From positions 50,718,001-50,782,000 of the forward strand of contig CM059432.1 of NCBI GenBank assembly GCA_030390025.1: a DNA stretch of 64,000 nucleotides, given 5' to 3'. Below are positions 37,701-49,700 of this stretch, piece by piece. The stretch comes from Squalus acanthias. Its lineage: Eukaryota. The position numbers and the translations under genes are program-made. The notes beneath the pieces are model-generated. The model saw only the letters and a program-made list of their open reading frames with translations. It was not told the origin of the DNA and searched no databases. Each line of letters begins with the position of its first letter. The stretch's first letter is position 1.

Positions 37701-40700
37701 TCTAACTCCTTCTTGAATATATTTAATGAATTGGCCTCAACTGCCTTCTGTGGTAGAGAATTCCACAGGTTCACCACTCTCTGGGTGAAGAAATTCCTCC
37801 TCATCTCAGTCCTAAATGGCTTACCCCTTATCCTTAGACTGTGACCTCTGGTTCTGGACTCCCCCGCCATCGGGAACATCCTTCCTGCATCTAGTCTGTC
37901 TAGTCCTGTTAGAATTTTATAAGTTTCAATGAGATCCCCTCTCATTCTTCTAAACTCTAGCGAATATAAGCCTAATCGACCCAATCTCTCTTCATACTTC
38001 ATTCCTGCCATCCCAGGTATCAGCCTGGTGAATCTTCGCTGCACTTCCTCCATGGCAAGAACATTCTTTCTCAGATAAGGCGACCAAAACTGCACACAAT
38101 ACTCAAGGTGTGGTCTCACCAAGGCCCTGTACAACTGCAGCAAGACATCCTTGCTCCTGTACTCGAATCCTCTCGCTATGAAGGCCAACATACCATTTGC
38201 CTTCTTCACCGCCTGCTGCACCTGCATACTTACCTTCAGCGACTGGTGCACAAGGACACCCAGGTCTCGTTGCACTTCCCCTTTTCCCAATCTATTGCCG
38301 TTCAGATAATAATCTGTCTTCCTGTTTTTGCCACCAAAGTGGATAACCTCGCATTTATCCACATTATACTGCATCTGCCATGCATCTGCCCAATCACCCA
38401 ACCTGTCCAAATCATACTGGAGTTTCTCTGCATCCTCCTCACAGCACACACGACACAGCTTTGTGTCGTCTGCAAACTTGGAGATATTACATCTAGTTCC
38501 CTCGTCTAGATCATTAATGGGTCTCATGACGTCATTTGATGATGCGTCATCTGCCAGTTTCCTTAAAGGGACCATGCACAATTTTATTTTGACAGTTGAT
38601 TTCTCAGTGTTTGACAGCATTGAGGTTCTGAAAACACTGACAATCACTGCACAAAGGTGAACTCTTGCACCCAGGCACTCCAATGACTCCCTCCATATGC
38701 TGGAATAGATGGCAGCTGCAGGTGAGATGACAGAAGCGATCTGTCACTGGCGAGAGAGGTTCTCCCAATGAGGTGACACTGGACATATAGTTGATTTAAA
38801 AACTTGTAAGATAAAGAAATCTGTTTATGTTTTAAAAATGCAGTAACCAACATTTTCTTTGCTCCAAAACTCACCATGTGCAACATTGCATCCTTCACAC
38901 CACTTCTGCAGCTGTCATGTTTTCACAAACATTACACCAGACTCACAACACGCCACACTTACCTGGCGTGGTGTCCGGACGTCATGAAACCCATCCTAGA
39001 AGCGGGAAAATTGAAAAACAGGCTGAACACTACTGACAAGTACCTGTTAATAGGCAGGTAATTGCCTTTAATCCGTTTCCTGCCGCTAGGTGTCGGGTCC
39101 ATTCGCAAATCGGGGACCCGACACTTGGGAAGGCTGTTTGGAGGCGGGTTGACAGCGGGTTCGTGGCCCGCCGTCAATCAATAGGACTTTAACCTCTGAC
39201 CCGCCTCTCTGAGCGCTGGCAAAATCACGGCCTACATCTCTACTTCCCAAACTGACTGTACCTTTTTTAAAGTAAAAGGACAATATCTATTTAAATAGAT
39301 TTACACAACAATGCCCTTGTTATTGGTGCATTGATATTTAATGTAGTGAGTTATTGCAATTCTGTAGTTAACTGCAATCTAGTGTACCATTAACATTTTT
39401 AAATATTCTCACTGCTTCACTTCTTGTTGAACAAAGTACACTGTATTTGCATCAATAAATCTACCACTGCAATAATTGACAAATTTACAGAGGAGTTACA
39501 AAGTATTTAACTTCTAAAAGTAATCACCCATAGGATAGGGATAATCACCAGCAACAGGGGCTTACCTTGGCTGAGGAGGTATAGCAAGAGAGTTGGGAGA
39601 AAGGTGTGCTAAAAGACACAATTCAAAGTAAAATTAAAACATGTTCTCCTAAAGCTCTATTTGCAAATATCACTTTTACAATTCTCTTCCAAGTCATGCC
39701 TTTTTTTTGTACTTTAACAGACTTTAAAGATTTTGCATTCCAAATTTTTTCCTCAACAAAATAAAGAAGTTGTAAGTTATTCAAATTAATTAAAGTGAAT
39801 GGGAAGCGATTTCCAGGCTTTAGCACATGAAAAGTGCCTGCTTACCAGCGCTTTATTCCAAGAAGTAGTCACTTCTTTCTTACTCAACATATCTATATTA
39901 AAAATCTTGTCTTTGCATGCACTCTCTCTCTCTCCAGAAAACCATACTTCATATTAAAAATCCTTATGTCCACATTTATATTAGAAACTGCCTATGTAAA
40001 CTAGTCATGCTATAATTGCACCCTCCTTGTCAGTGGTCTGCCAGCATAGGCAGTTTCCATTACAAATGTGGACAGCGGAATTTGTAATGGAAACATAAAA
40101 ATAAGGATGGGACGTATGATGTTAAAATGGGGTCTGAATTATGTCTGAACGCTTTGCTCCAATTATCCCACACCCTTTAACCTTGCTTCACCCGAAGATT
40201 ACACTTGGTCTTTATTCACTGTGTGCAATGGCACTGGAAAGCAACTAATTCCAATTATAAATACACTAAAAATGTTCCCCATTTCATTAAAGAAACTTGT
40301 GTTCCTGTTAGATATATCATTAATGACATAGTTACATCAAGAACAACAATCTATAAAAGTGAAATTCAAAATGGTGGCATGCCACAATGTGCAAAGTGGA
40401 GTTCCTGAACTTTGCACTGCCTTTGGGAAGGGGCTAAGTGGAAGTTTGGTGTTTTCCCACAGGGATGGGGGAAAAAAGATAAAAGGGAAAATTTATTCCT
40501 AGACTGGTCATATATCCTTTTTTCTTCAGAGAAGCAGTAAGGTCTGGGAGCAGACTGCCTTTCCTCTCAGCCATTGCTGGTGCAAAGTATGGGAAGACCA
40601 GTGAAGGGAAGAAAATAAACTAAAACAAAAAACTGAAATTTAAAAAAGGTGGAGACAATGGATTTTGCTAAATCTTTTAATATAAAAATGTAAAATGTAC

Positions 40701-43700
40701 CGACAGTAAATTGATACTTTACCTTGCGAAAGAGCAATTGGGGTTGGATTATTTAAGCAATTTATAAATGATGTTCTTATATCTTCAATAAGACCCACCA
40801 AATGCGATGCTGGCTAAAGAAAGCAGAACCATCCAGTAAACAATAAATAACAATGAAAACCCTTATTGCCTAGACCTTGAACTTTGAATTTTTACTTCAC
40901 AGCAATTACTTTACTGCACCTTTCCTCAACCCAAGTCAAAATTGTATTTTAAATTTTCCCATTTAAAAACACACTCTTAAACTATCCTCACACCACCTTT
41001 GGAATAAAATATTTATAAAATTCCATAATAATCCTATTCTACTACTGCTCTTGCATAGCACTTTCACTCTTGTATTCTATTGCACTTGGAGAAACTCAAA
41101 TATATCTTGAACAAAAAAGTATCTATTTGGTTGTCATTAAAACAGCTTTACAGTGAAAAAAAACAGTGGCAGACTTTTCTTTAACATCATTTGATATATA
41201 TTTGGTGGGACAAATTAGCTGGCCTGGTATTTTTATTGTACATGGAGATACACAAAGATTAAAAAACACCACTGTGTTCTGGGGAGGGTGAGAGGGAGAG
41301 ATTGATTCTGATTTAGCAAGTGTTTTCATCACAAATGAAATTACTGGATCATACCTTAAAACGTTTGCCACAACCCTTATAAAATATACTGATTAGGTTG
41401 TGAAGACATTTGAAAGTAGCTGCTATGAGGACCAGTGTAATGTATGTTCCTGCAGCAATCCCACAGCTATCAATATGTGTACAATTGAGAACTAAATCCA
41501 ATGTTACACCCACTGGGATGGGAAAAAATTCACTTCTACTCAATTTCTATGTTTAAAAACATTACAACAGGTGAATGTACAATTTAAAAAACCTGATACT
41601 TCATTATTTTAAACACATTCTTAAACTAGTATCACACCACCTTTGCAACGCAATGTTTATAATATAATTATAAATGTCACTTTGGCATAATTTGACATGG
41701 TCTGATCATTGAATAATATATCTGATATGTGCTTAGTGAGTATCCTCTACCAATTCTCATGTTCAAAAAGGACTAGGTTAGACATTCTACTAGAAACTTG
41801 GTTAAGTTAAATATACTATTGCTATATTCAATAACTTATGTGCTATTGTATTCAAGTTATCAAGTAACATACAGTCTCAGGTCAGAATTGTTGTGTTTAA
41901 ATTTGCCAAAACCAGAGCATTTCAAACATCCATCGATTCATCTCATTACTTTGAGAAGAATCGTCTTTACTGAGCTTTGGCTTTTGCTGTATGAACAAAA
42001 TTATAACATGTATTCTTGCTTACGTATTTCCAGTTGCATAAATAACTTGAAGACATCATGCCGGTGTTATCGATATGAATTCCAGGATTTCGGCACGGAA
42101 TTGGTAGCCCCTTCACAAAACATTTTGGTGGATTCAGGGGGTGTGCGTTATGCAACCAGATGCTTACTGGAACATTATAAATTAGGCCTGAATATAAACA
42201 CATTTGCACATTGTTAAAAAAAATAGTAAAATTTGTGAGATCCATCCATGCCTGGGGGTATCTGGTTTTATCTCTTTGGCTCTAAATTTAAAGGTTTTTT
42301 TAAACTTACATAAAACATTTGTTTTCCATTCTTTCTTGTTTATTCAACATGATTCACTAACCTGACCCACAGAGGAGCCACAAAACATAAGACTTGTGAG
42401 TTAATATTGGGTATGGTAGGATTGTGGTTATGTTACTGGACTAGTAATCCAGAGGCCTAGACTAATAAACCGGAGGCGCGAGTTCAAAATCCCACCACGG
42501 CAGCTGGGGAATTTAAATTCAATTAAATAAATCTGGAATTAAAATGTTTGTATCAGTAATGGTGACCACGAAACTACCGGATTGTTGTAAAACCCATCTG
42601 GTTCACTAATGTCCACAGGGAAGGAAATCTGCCGTCCTTACCTGGTCTGGCCTATATGTGACTCCAGACCCACAGCAATGTGGTTGACTCTTAACTGCCC
42701 TCTGAAATGGCCGAGCAAACCACTCAGTTGTATTCAAGAAAGATGGCCCACCACCACCTTCTCGAGGGCAATTAGGGATGGGCAATAAATGCTGGCCTTG
42801 CCAGTGAGGTCCACATCCCATGAATGAAAAAAAAATTTTATTAAAGTTAATAGACTGTTTCTTGAATTGTTAATCTAGGGGGAAGGAACTGGGTGGTACA
42901 GTGGATTAGATATTAACCTTTCAACAGGGTTTGAATCCTGGCCAGATGAGTTGTGATAGAAAAGTCTCCCCAGACTGATGTCTGTACAGGGCATTTCACA
43001 ATTTGTCTTATTATACTTTTGTGAAGTGCCTTGGTACGTTTTCCTACATTAAACATGGTACATAAATGCAATTTTTGTTATTGTTGACATTAGTTTAGGG
43101 AATCTTAATTCAATTCCTTGTGGCACGCGCACAAACACAAAACTGCCCAAATAAAGAGGTAATTGGCACTAACTACATTAGCAATCTCACTTAGAGGGAC
43201 TGGTGTGGGGAGTCGATAGCTGACCTTAGCATGTTTGATCTTCACACTGAATACCCAAAACTTAAAGGGGGAAAAATTTGGTTCCTTAGCGCCTCCCGTT
43301 AGCGCCCACGGGGCACAAAGCAACTAACGCCCGGGCACGGCGATATTTGCGGCACTCGCAAAATTGACCAGACATTTTGCGGCGGCGCTAAACACTACTG
43401 CTACGATCTCCTGCGCCCGCAGAGCGTGACGTCAGTCGAGTGTGCAACGCCCCGGTAGGGCCCCGGACCGGATATTGAGTGGCGCTCCCTGCCTTTCCGC
43501 CTGCCGCTAGCAACGACAGGTTGAGGGGAACGTTTTGCAGTCGGGAAAGGACTGGGGGAGCGCTATTTAAAGGCGGCCGCTCCCTGCCTTTTTTTGTCGG
43601 CGACATTTTTGCACCACGGATTCTGAGAGAGAGACTTCTGGAGAGGTTCAACGCTGTGTGAAGGAGTTTTGGGTACTGAGCAGCATGTTGCAGGTTCATT

Positions 43701-46700
43701 TTGATTTGACCTTCCTTGCATCGATTTAGAAGAGACTATGGGGGCTGCACGATGAGCACTTTCCCTGGGCCTCTCCATTGTTCTTTCCAGCAGAATTGAT
43801 GTACAGGTCTCTCCAGGCCGGGATTCAAGGCTGCAATGAGCAGGGTATGGCTGGAGAGCAAGGTCGACCCTCCCCTTTAAGAACTGGTTGGCGCCAGTGT
43901 GTCTGTGTTCCATTGCTAACTGACATCACATGAGCTTCGCCAGCGCTCTGAGGTAGCGCCTCGCTCCTCGGCGTTAGCGCCTCAAGAGAGGTGTGTAGCG
44001 CCTGATTTAGCGCTCCAATCACCTCCAGGGGCGATAGAAGCCAAGTTTGCAGTCGGAGGTGATAATTAGCGCCAGGCACTAAACTTTGCACCCGGCTGAT
44101 AATTGCGCCCCAAACAGGGCAATACCGAATTTCTCCCCCAAAGTGTTCCATTGTGTTCCATTCTCTACCAATAACAAAAAAAATTATACAGAAATCATTA
44201 ATAAGTAACTTTGTCAGCTTACTTCAATTGCACTGTACATTACTAAGGAGTTAGCAATCAACTACACAATTAAAGACTGGGGTTTATAGATTACTTCACA
44301 GCATATTGCTCTGGAGAAATTCCTCACCATCTCAATTTAATTACTGTTGAATATTAATGGTGAAAAAGGGAAATTTCTGAGAAAACAATTTGAGTAAGTT
44401 CTTGTTGAAATAGCCTACTTGTTCTTAAGAATCAAGTTGTTAAACCATCAATGAACTGTTCTTGTATTATAAGTAACTGTTCTAAAATCAATATTGCTTT
44501 GAAGGTTTTTCCTCGCACAAAACCTTTTCAGCCCCTCATCTGCACTGCCCTTTCTCGATAGGAAGGATAGAATCTCACCCACAAATAGCTCCATCGACAC
44601 CATGGCCAGAATTTTCCCGTTGCCAAGCGTGTGGGTTTGGGGGCGGGTTGGCAATAAAAATCCCAGAAATTGCGAGCGCGTCGGGAACCCACCGTCATCC
44701 CGCCACCTCACGCATTTAACTGAGGCGCGACACGGACCCGATCGGCAGAGGCGGGCGACCTCATTCAAGTCATTAACTGCTTATTGAGAGACCCTTAAGA
44801 GGGTTTTTAATGCCAGCTTTTGACCTTTACTGCAGGAGCACGGGATTCACGCAGCTCGGGTACCTCGCCTGTGAAGGGGAGTCGGTAGCTCAGTGCCCAT
44901 TGGCAAGTCCATTTATTGAGAGCTGGGAAAAGCACATAAATACTCCAACATTACACCTCATTACCTGCCTCATGGAAAGGCTCTTGCTCACTCCATTATG
45001 TCCACAGATTTAGGTGTCAGCAGTTTGCAGGTCATTTCTGAAACCTTGGAAGCCACTCTCACCACATTGCTACTCAGTATCATAACATTGAGGGATTGGC
45101 CCTCTGATCTCCAATTTACCTGCCATCTACTACATCAGCATGGGAGCCGTATATACTGTTTCACCTTGATCCTCAGAATCGGACCAAGCGGAGTCGCACC
45201 ACCAGCAGCAGCAGCAACCACAACAGCCTTCTCCTCACTGACCTGAGGAGGGGGGCACCACAGGGCTGCAGCGCGCCGGAGGAGATACCCCCAACACAGG
45301 GTATACAGGCAGAGGATGAGCTTCCTCAACATGACTGAGCAGCAGTGCGTCAGGAGGCTCAGGCTATGGCGTCAGGTTGTCGCAGACATTTGTAGCTTGC
45401 TGGAACAAGACCTGCTGCCCAGAGGTCCTGGTGGACACTCCTTACCAGTGACTTCAAAGTCACCACCGCCCTCAACTTCTTCGCCTCAGGCTCCTTCCAG
45501 GGATCTGCAGCAGACACTTGCGGGATCTCGCAGTCAGCCGCCCACAGATGCATCACCCAGGTGACCGATGCCATGTTTCACAAGTCAGCCAATTATATCA
45601 ACTTTGCCACTGATGAAGCCAGTGTTACTGAGCGGGCGCTCGGCTTTGCGGCTCTGGCTGACTTCCCACAGGTGCAGGCATCATCGACTGCACACATGTG
45701 GCCATGAAGCCACCTCCTCATCACCCAGGAGTGTTTGTGAACTGCAAGGGCTTCCACTACCTCAATTTGCAGCTCGTCTGCAACCATAAAAAGATAATCA
45801 TGCATGTGTGCGCCAGATTCCCTGGCAGTTGTCATAACTCTTTGGTGCTGCACTAGTCCACCCTCCCTCAGCTCTTCGCACCTCCAAACAGACTTACCGG
45901 CTGGCTGCTTGGAGACAAGGGCTATCCACTGAAGACGTGGCTGATGACTCACTTGAGGATGCCAAGTACTGAGGCTGAGAAGCATTATTATGACAGCCAC
46001 ATGTCCACCAGATGTGTCATAGAGCAGAAAATAGGCATGCTGAAGATGCGCTTCAGATGCCTTGACAGATCTGGAGTATCCCTTCAGTATGCACCAGCCA
46101 GGGTCTCCAGAATTATCATCGTTTGCTGCGCACTGCACAACAGAGCGCAGCAGCGAGGATTAGAGCTGCAGGATGAGCAAGGCACAAAGCACGCAGCCTC
46201 TTCAGAGGAGGAGGAGGAACCTGAGGTGGAGATGGCACCAGCAGTGGCGCACATTGCTGCCTGGGATGGCATCATCATGGCTAGATTTACTTATGGCTGC
46301 CACAATAAGTTACCACCCCCGCCCCCGCAACAACACCATAAAGCATCCCTACAACGAACAAGCCATTTTTCTCATCCAAACCCCCAGTGCTCGAGGTTAA
46401 GTAATGTCTCACCTTTCACTCCAAGTGACAAAGGTAGCAGGCAAAAATGGACAAGACCGGAAAATGGTGCAAAGAAATACATTTATCTATGTCATCAAAA
46501 GAACTGAAACTTAACACTAACATTTTTTCATACATCTACTTTTGCGTCTTTTTTCTTTTCAGAGTGCTTCTACGAGGTGCAATCCCTGTGGCTTCAGCAG
46601 AGGTAGAGACAGGCTGCTCACTATCCTTCTGTGACTGGTTAGACACTTTTGGCGGACTTCCTCTGGGCTTTGGAGCCTGTGATGGCCCCGCCAAAGTCTG

Positions 46701-49700
46701 CTGCTCCTGCAACTGTGCAGGGGCAGACTCGGCCATCGGGATCCGATGAAGAATGTGGGGCTCTGACTGAGGGGGAGGCAACGGGGGAGAAGTGGGAGAG
46801 CTTTGAGAAGAGTCCCCACTTCCATGTCCCCTCTCACCATCATCCCTCTCATGGGCCACCCGCACTTCCCTGCTAGCAAGGAGCTGGAGAGCACCTTGCT
46901 GCACAGCAGTGGGGCGATGGAGGCCCAAGTCTACATTTATATCCCTCCTAGAGATGAGGTCTATGAGCATCTGCCATCTATTGTCCACAGCTAACATGTG
47001 CTCATGTGACTGGCGCATTGGCTGCTCCATGGGAATTGGATAAGTACCCGAAGGAAAAAAGTTTGCAGGGCTATGGGGAAAGGGCAGGGGAGTGGGACTA
47101 GCTGAAGTGTTCTTGCAGTGAGCTGGCACGGGCTCGACAGGCCGAATGGCCTCCTTCTGTGCTGTAACCATTCTATGCAGGTGACCATCCTTTCCATGGA
47201 ACAGCACATCGTCGCCATCGCCTGCGAGATGGTGGTGCTCATTGTAGAGATGGGCTCCTCCATTCTTACACATTTGCAGACATCACAGCTGCAAAGGCTG
47301 CCAGAGCCTCTTGCAAATGTTGCTGCTTCTCCAAGATCACCCTCTTTCTCGATGGCCCCCGAGGCTCAGTGTCTGCATGCAGCTCAGCTGAGTTTGTTGC
47401 GTCCTGTGCTCTCCGGCGATGAGTCTCCACTGCTGTTCCTGTTAACACCATCTGCTCTTGCTTACTTGTGAAGTGTGAGACACCAGGTGACAACACTACT
47501 CTATCTCGCACAGGACCCACCGAGGTGTTCGTATCTGCGCTGGTGCTGGGTGCGCTTGGGGCTGCTGATGGTGCAGCCTCAGAGGCTGGAGGTTCCTCTG
47601 AGGAGTCATCTTCCTCCTCCAGCCGGATAGCTGGGGGGGGGTGGGGGGGGGGGGAGGCATTTTATGGACCTGTGGGAGAGTACAGAGATGAATTGGTAGC
47701 GCTTTAATAAGAATGGGTAATTTTTACCATTACGTACATGATGGCATTTCACTGGCTGCTGACATCAGTCACCATGAGTGAGCCCTGCGTGCTCTCACTG
47801 CCTCCACTGGAATATGCAGGGATGCATCAGAAAATCGGGGTGCCGCCCTCTGCCTTTGACTAGCCATCATTTATGGATTAGAGCAGTACTCAGACCTTTG
47901 TATTTCACCTTCCACACTCCTCTAGCAATCTTCAAATGAGGGCAAGGCTGCTTTAAATACTGGCGCTGGAAACGAGTCATTGATTACATCGTCAGACCCG
48001 CTCCATTTAATTGGGCCGGGAAACGCGCATGACTGCTTTAAGTGGGGCCATTAAGTTAAAGTCGCCCCGAAGAACGCACTGAGCAGAACATCGCGTTCCC
48101 GACCCGCACACACCTGACCCGACTCCACGGTAAAGATTCTGGCCCAGCAGTTCACCAGGAGGCTCAGTCCAGTGAAAGATAAAATCCAACTTCAACCTCA
48201 GCAGTGTTTCTCAGATAAAGTTTCCCAAGACTGGAAAAGCACATCCACGGAGGGAAGCCCGAATTTAACTCTTAGTCCAAATTGCCATCTATTACAGATC
48301 TAACACTCTAATGTAGCTACCATATTATGCTGTCTTACCACTGCATGGCACAGGAATAGTACCATTCAAATTAACCAGTTTATTTTTAACACCAGTTCCA
48401 TAACCTGGAAGGAAAAGGAAAATATATTTTCATTAAGTGGATTAAAGAAATTTATCAATCTACAATGATTTGACTCAGCTACTTTCACTCAGGCATATAG
48501 GGCCGGATTTTAACACCCAAAAACGAGTGGGTTGGGGTCGGGTCAGAGGTTAAAGTTTTAAAAATCTCAAAACCTGACCCCAACCCCCGCCCACTTCTGG
48601 GTTTAACGGAGGTGGGACAAGGGGCGGGCAGTCAACCTGCTCCCAGGAGGCGGGTTGGCAATTTAAATATTTTAATCAGGCTGGCAGCCTCTGATTTAAC
48701 CTGTTTTCAAGGTTTATCCCTGGCCTGCCAGATTTTGCAGGCCTCGGGGAACCCGGCAGCTAAAGGGAGGCGAGGACTGCTTCAGGGAGAAGGTAAGTGC
48801 CTTTACAGCACTGCTTATGGGCCAGGAGGAGCAGGATTGCTTCCTCCCGGCCCCCCAAGTCCACCTCCCATACAAAGACCCCCGGGGTCAGGGATCTGAC
48901 CCCCCGGGGTCATGGATCGGATCTACCTGGACTTGCTGCTTACTCCAGAGTCCTCCCCGTCCGAATGGAAGCCAAGTCTGTCAATCAGGCTGACTTCCAG
49001 GTGGGGAACCAGTCAAGGACAAAAGACACACGCTAACCTGGACTTCCGGGTTTACCGTTCGAAACACTGCGCCCCCGCCTACATAACCCGCCCCTGTTAA
49101 TATCCAGGCCATATACTCTAATATCAGAGAATTATATATAACAATGTTAGAGGATAAACTGTTTTACATAGGATTACATAGGATATACGGCACAGAAACA
49201 TATCCCTTGTAAAATGGAATATATCAGGGCCACTGATTTATGATTGTGATGTCAAATTGTATTTTCATTATAGAGTACTGTCAGTGTGTTTGTGGTATTT
49301 TCAGGCTCAAATGTCGTGATTGTGCACATATTTACTCAATCTGCAGTTTGATAAGGAGTGGATTATATGGTGTAATGGAGATGGCGATGGTTTAATTACA
49401 TTAGGGCTCACATTTTTGAATGCTCTGCTAGCCAGCCTCTCTGCCTCAAAAGCTTCAACTTCCTCAAAACAGTGTAGCTTGCAACTTCACCCAAGCAAAG
49501 TTCTGCACTCGTATTACATAGAACATACGGCACAGAAACAGGCCATTCGGCCCAACCAGTCTATGCCGGCGTTTAAGCTCCACTCGAGCCTCCTCCCGTC
49601 TTTCCTCATATAACTCTATCAGCATAACCCTCTATTCCCTTCTCCCTCATATGTTTGTCTAATTGCCCCTTAAATGCATCTATACTATTTGCTTCAACCA

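Noticed and set aside
41355..41546. Open 192-nt phase 0->0 segment with AG/GT ends ([12 protein letters not shown]...GKRFK)
   Set aside because: It would insert 64 aa between WKY and PASHL, which are contiguous in the UEV fold, and it has no recognisable homology. At most a rare cassette exon.
42409..42500. tRNA gene
   Set aside because: Only A/B-box-like remnants with no cloverleaf; it is a SINE head.
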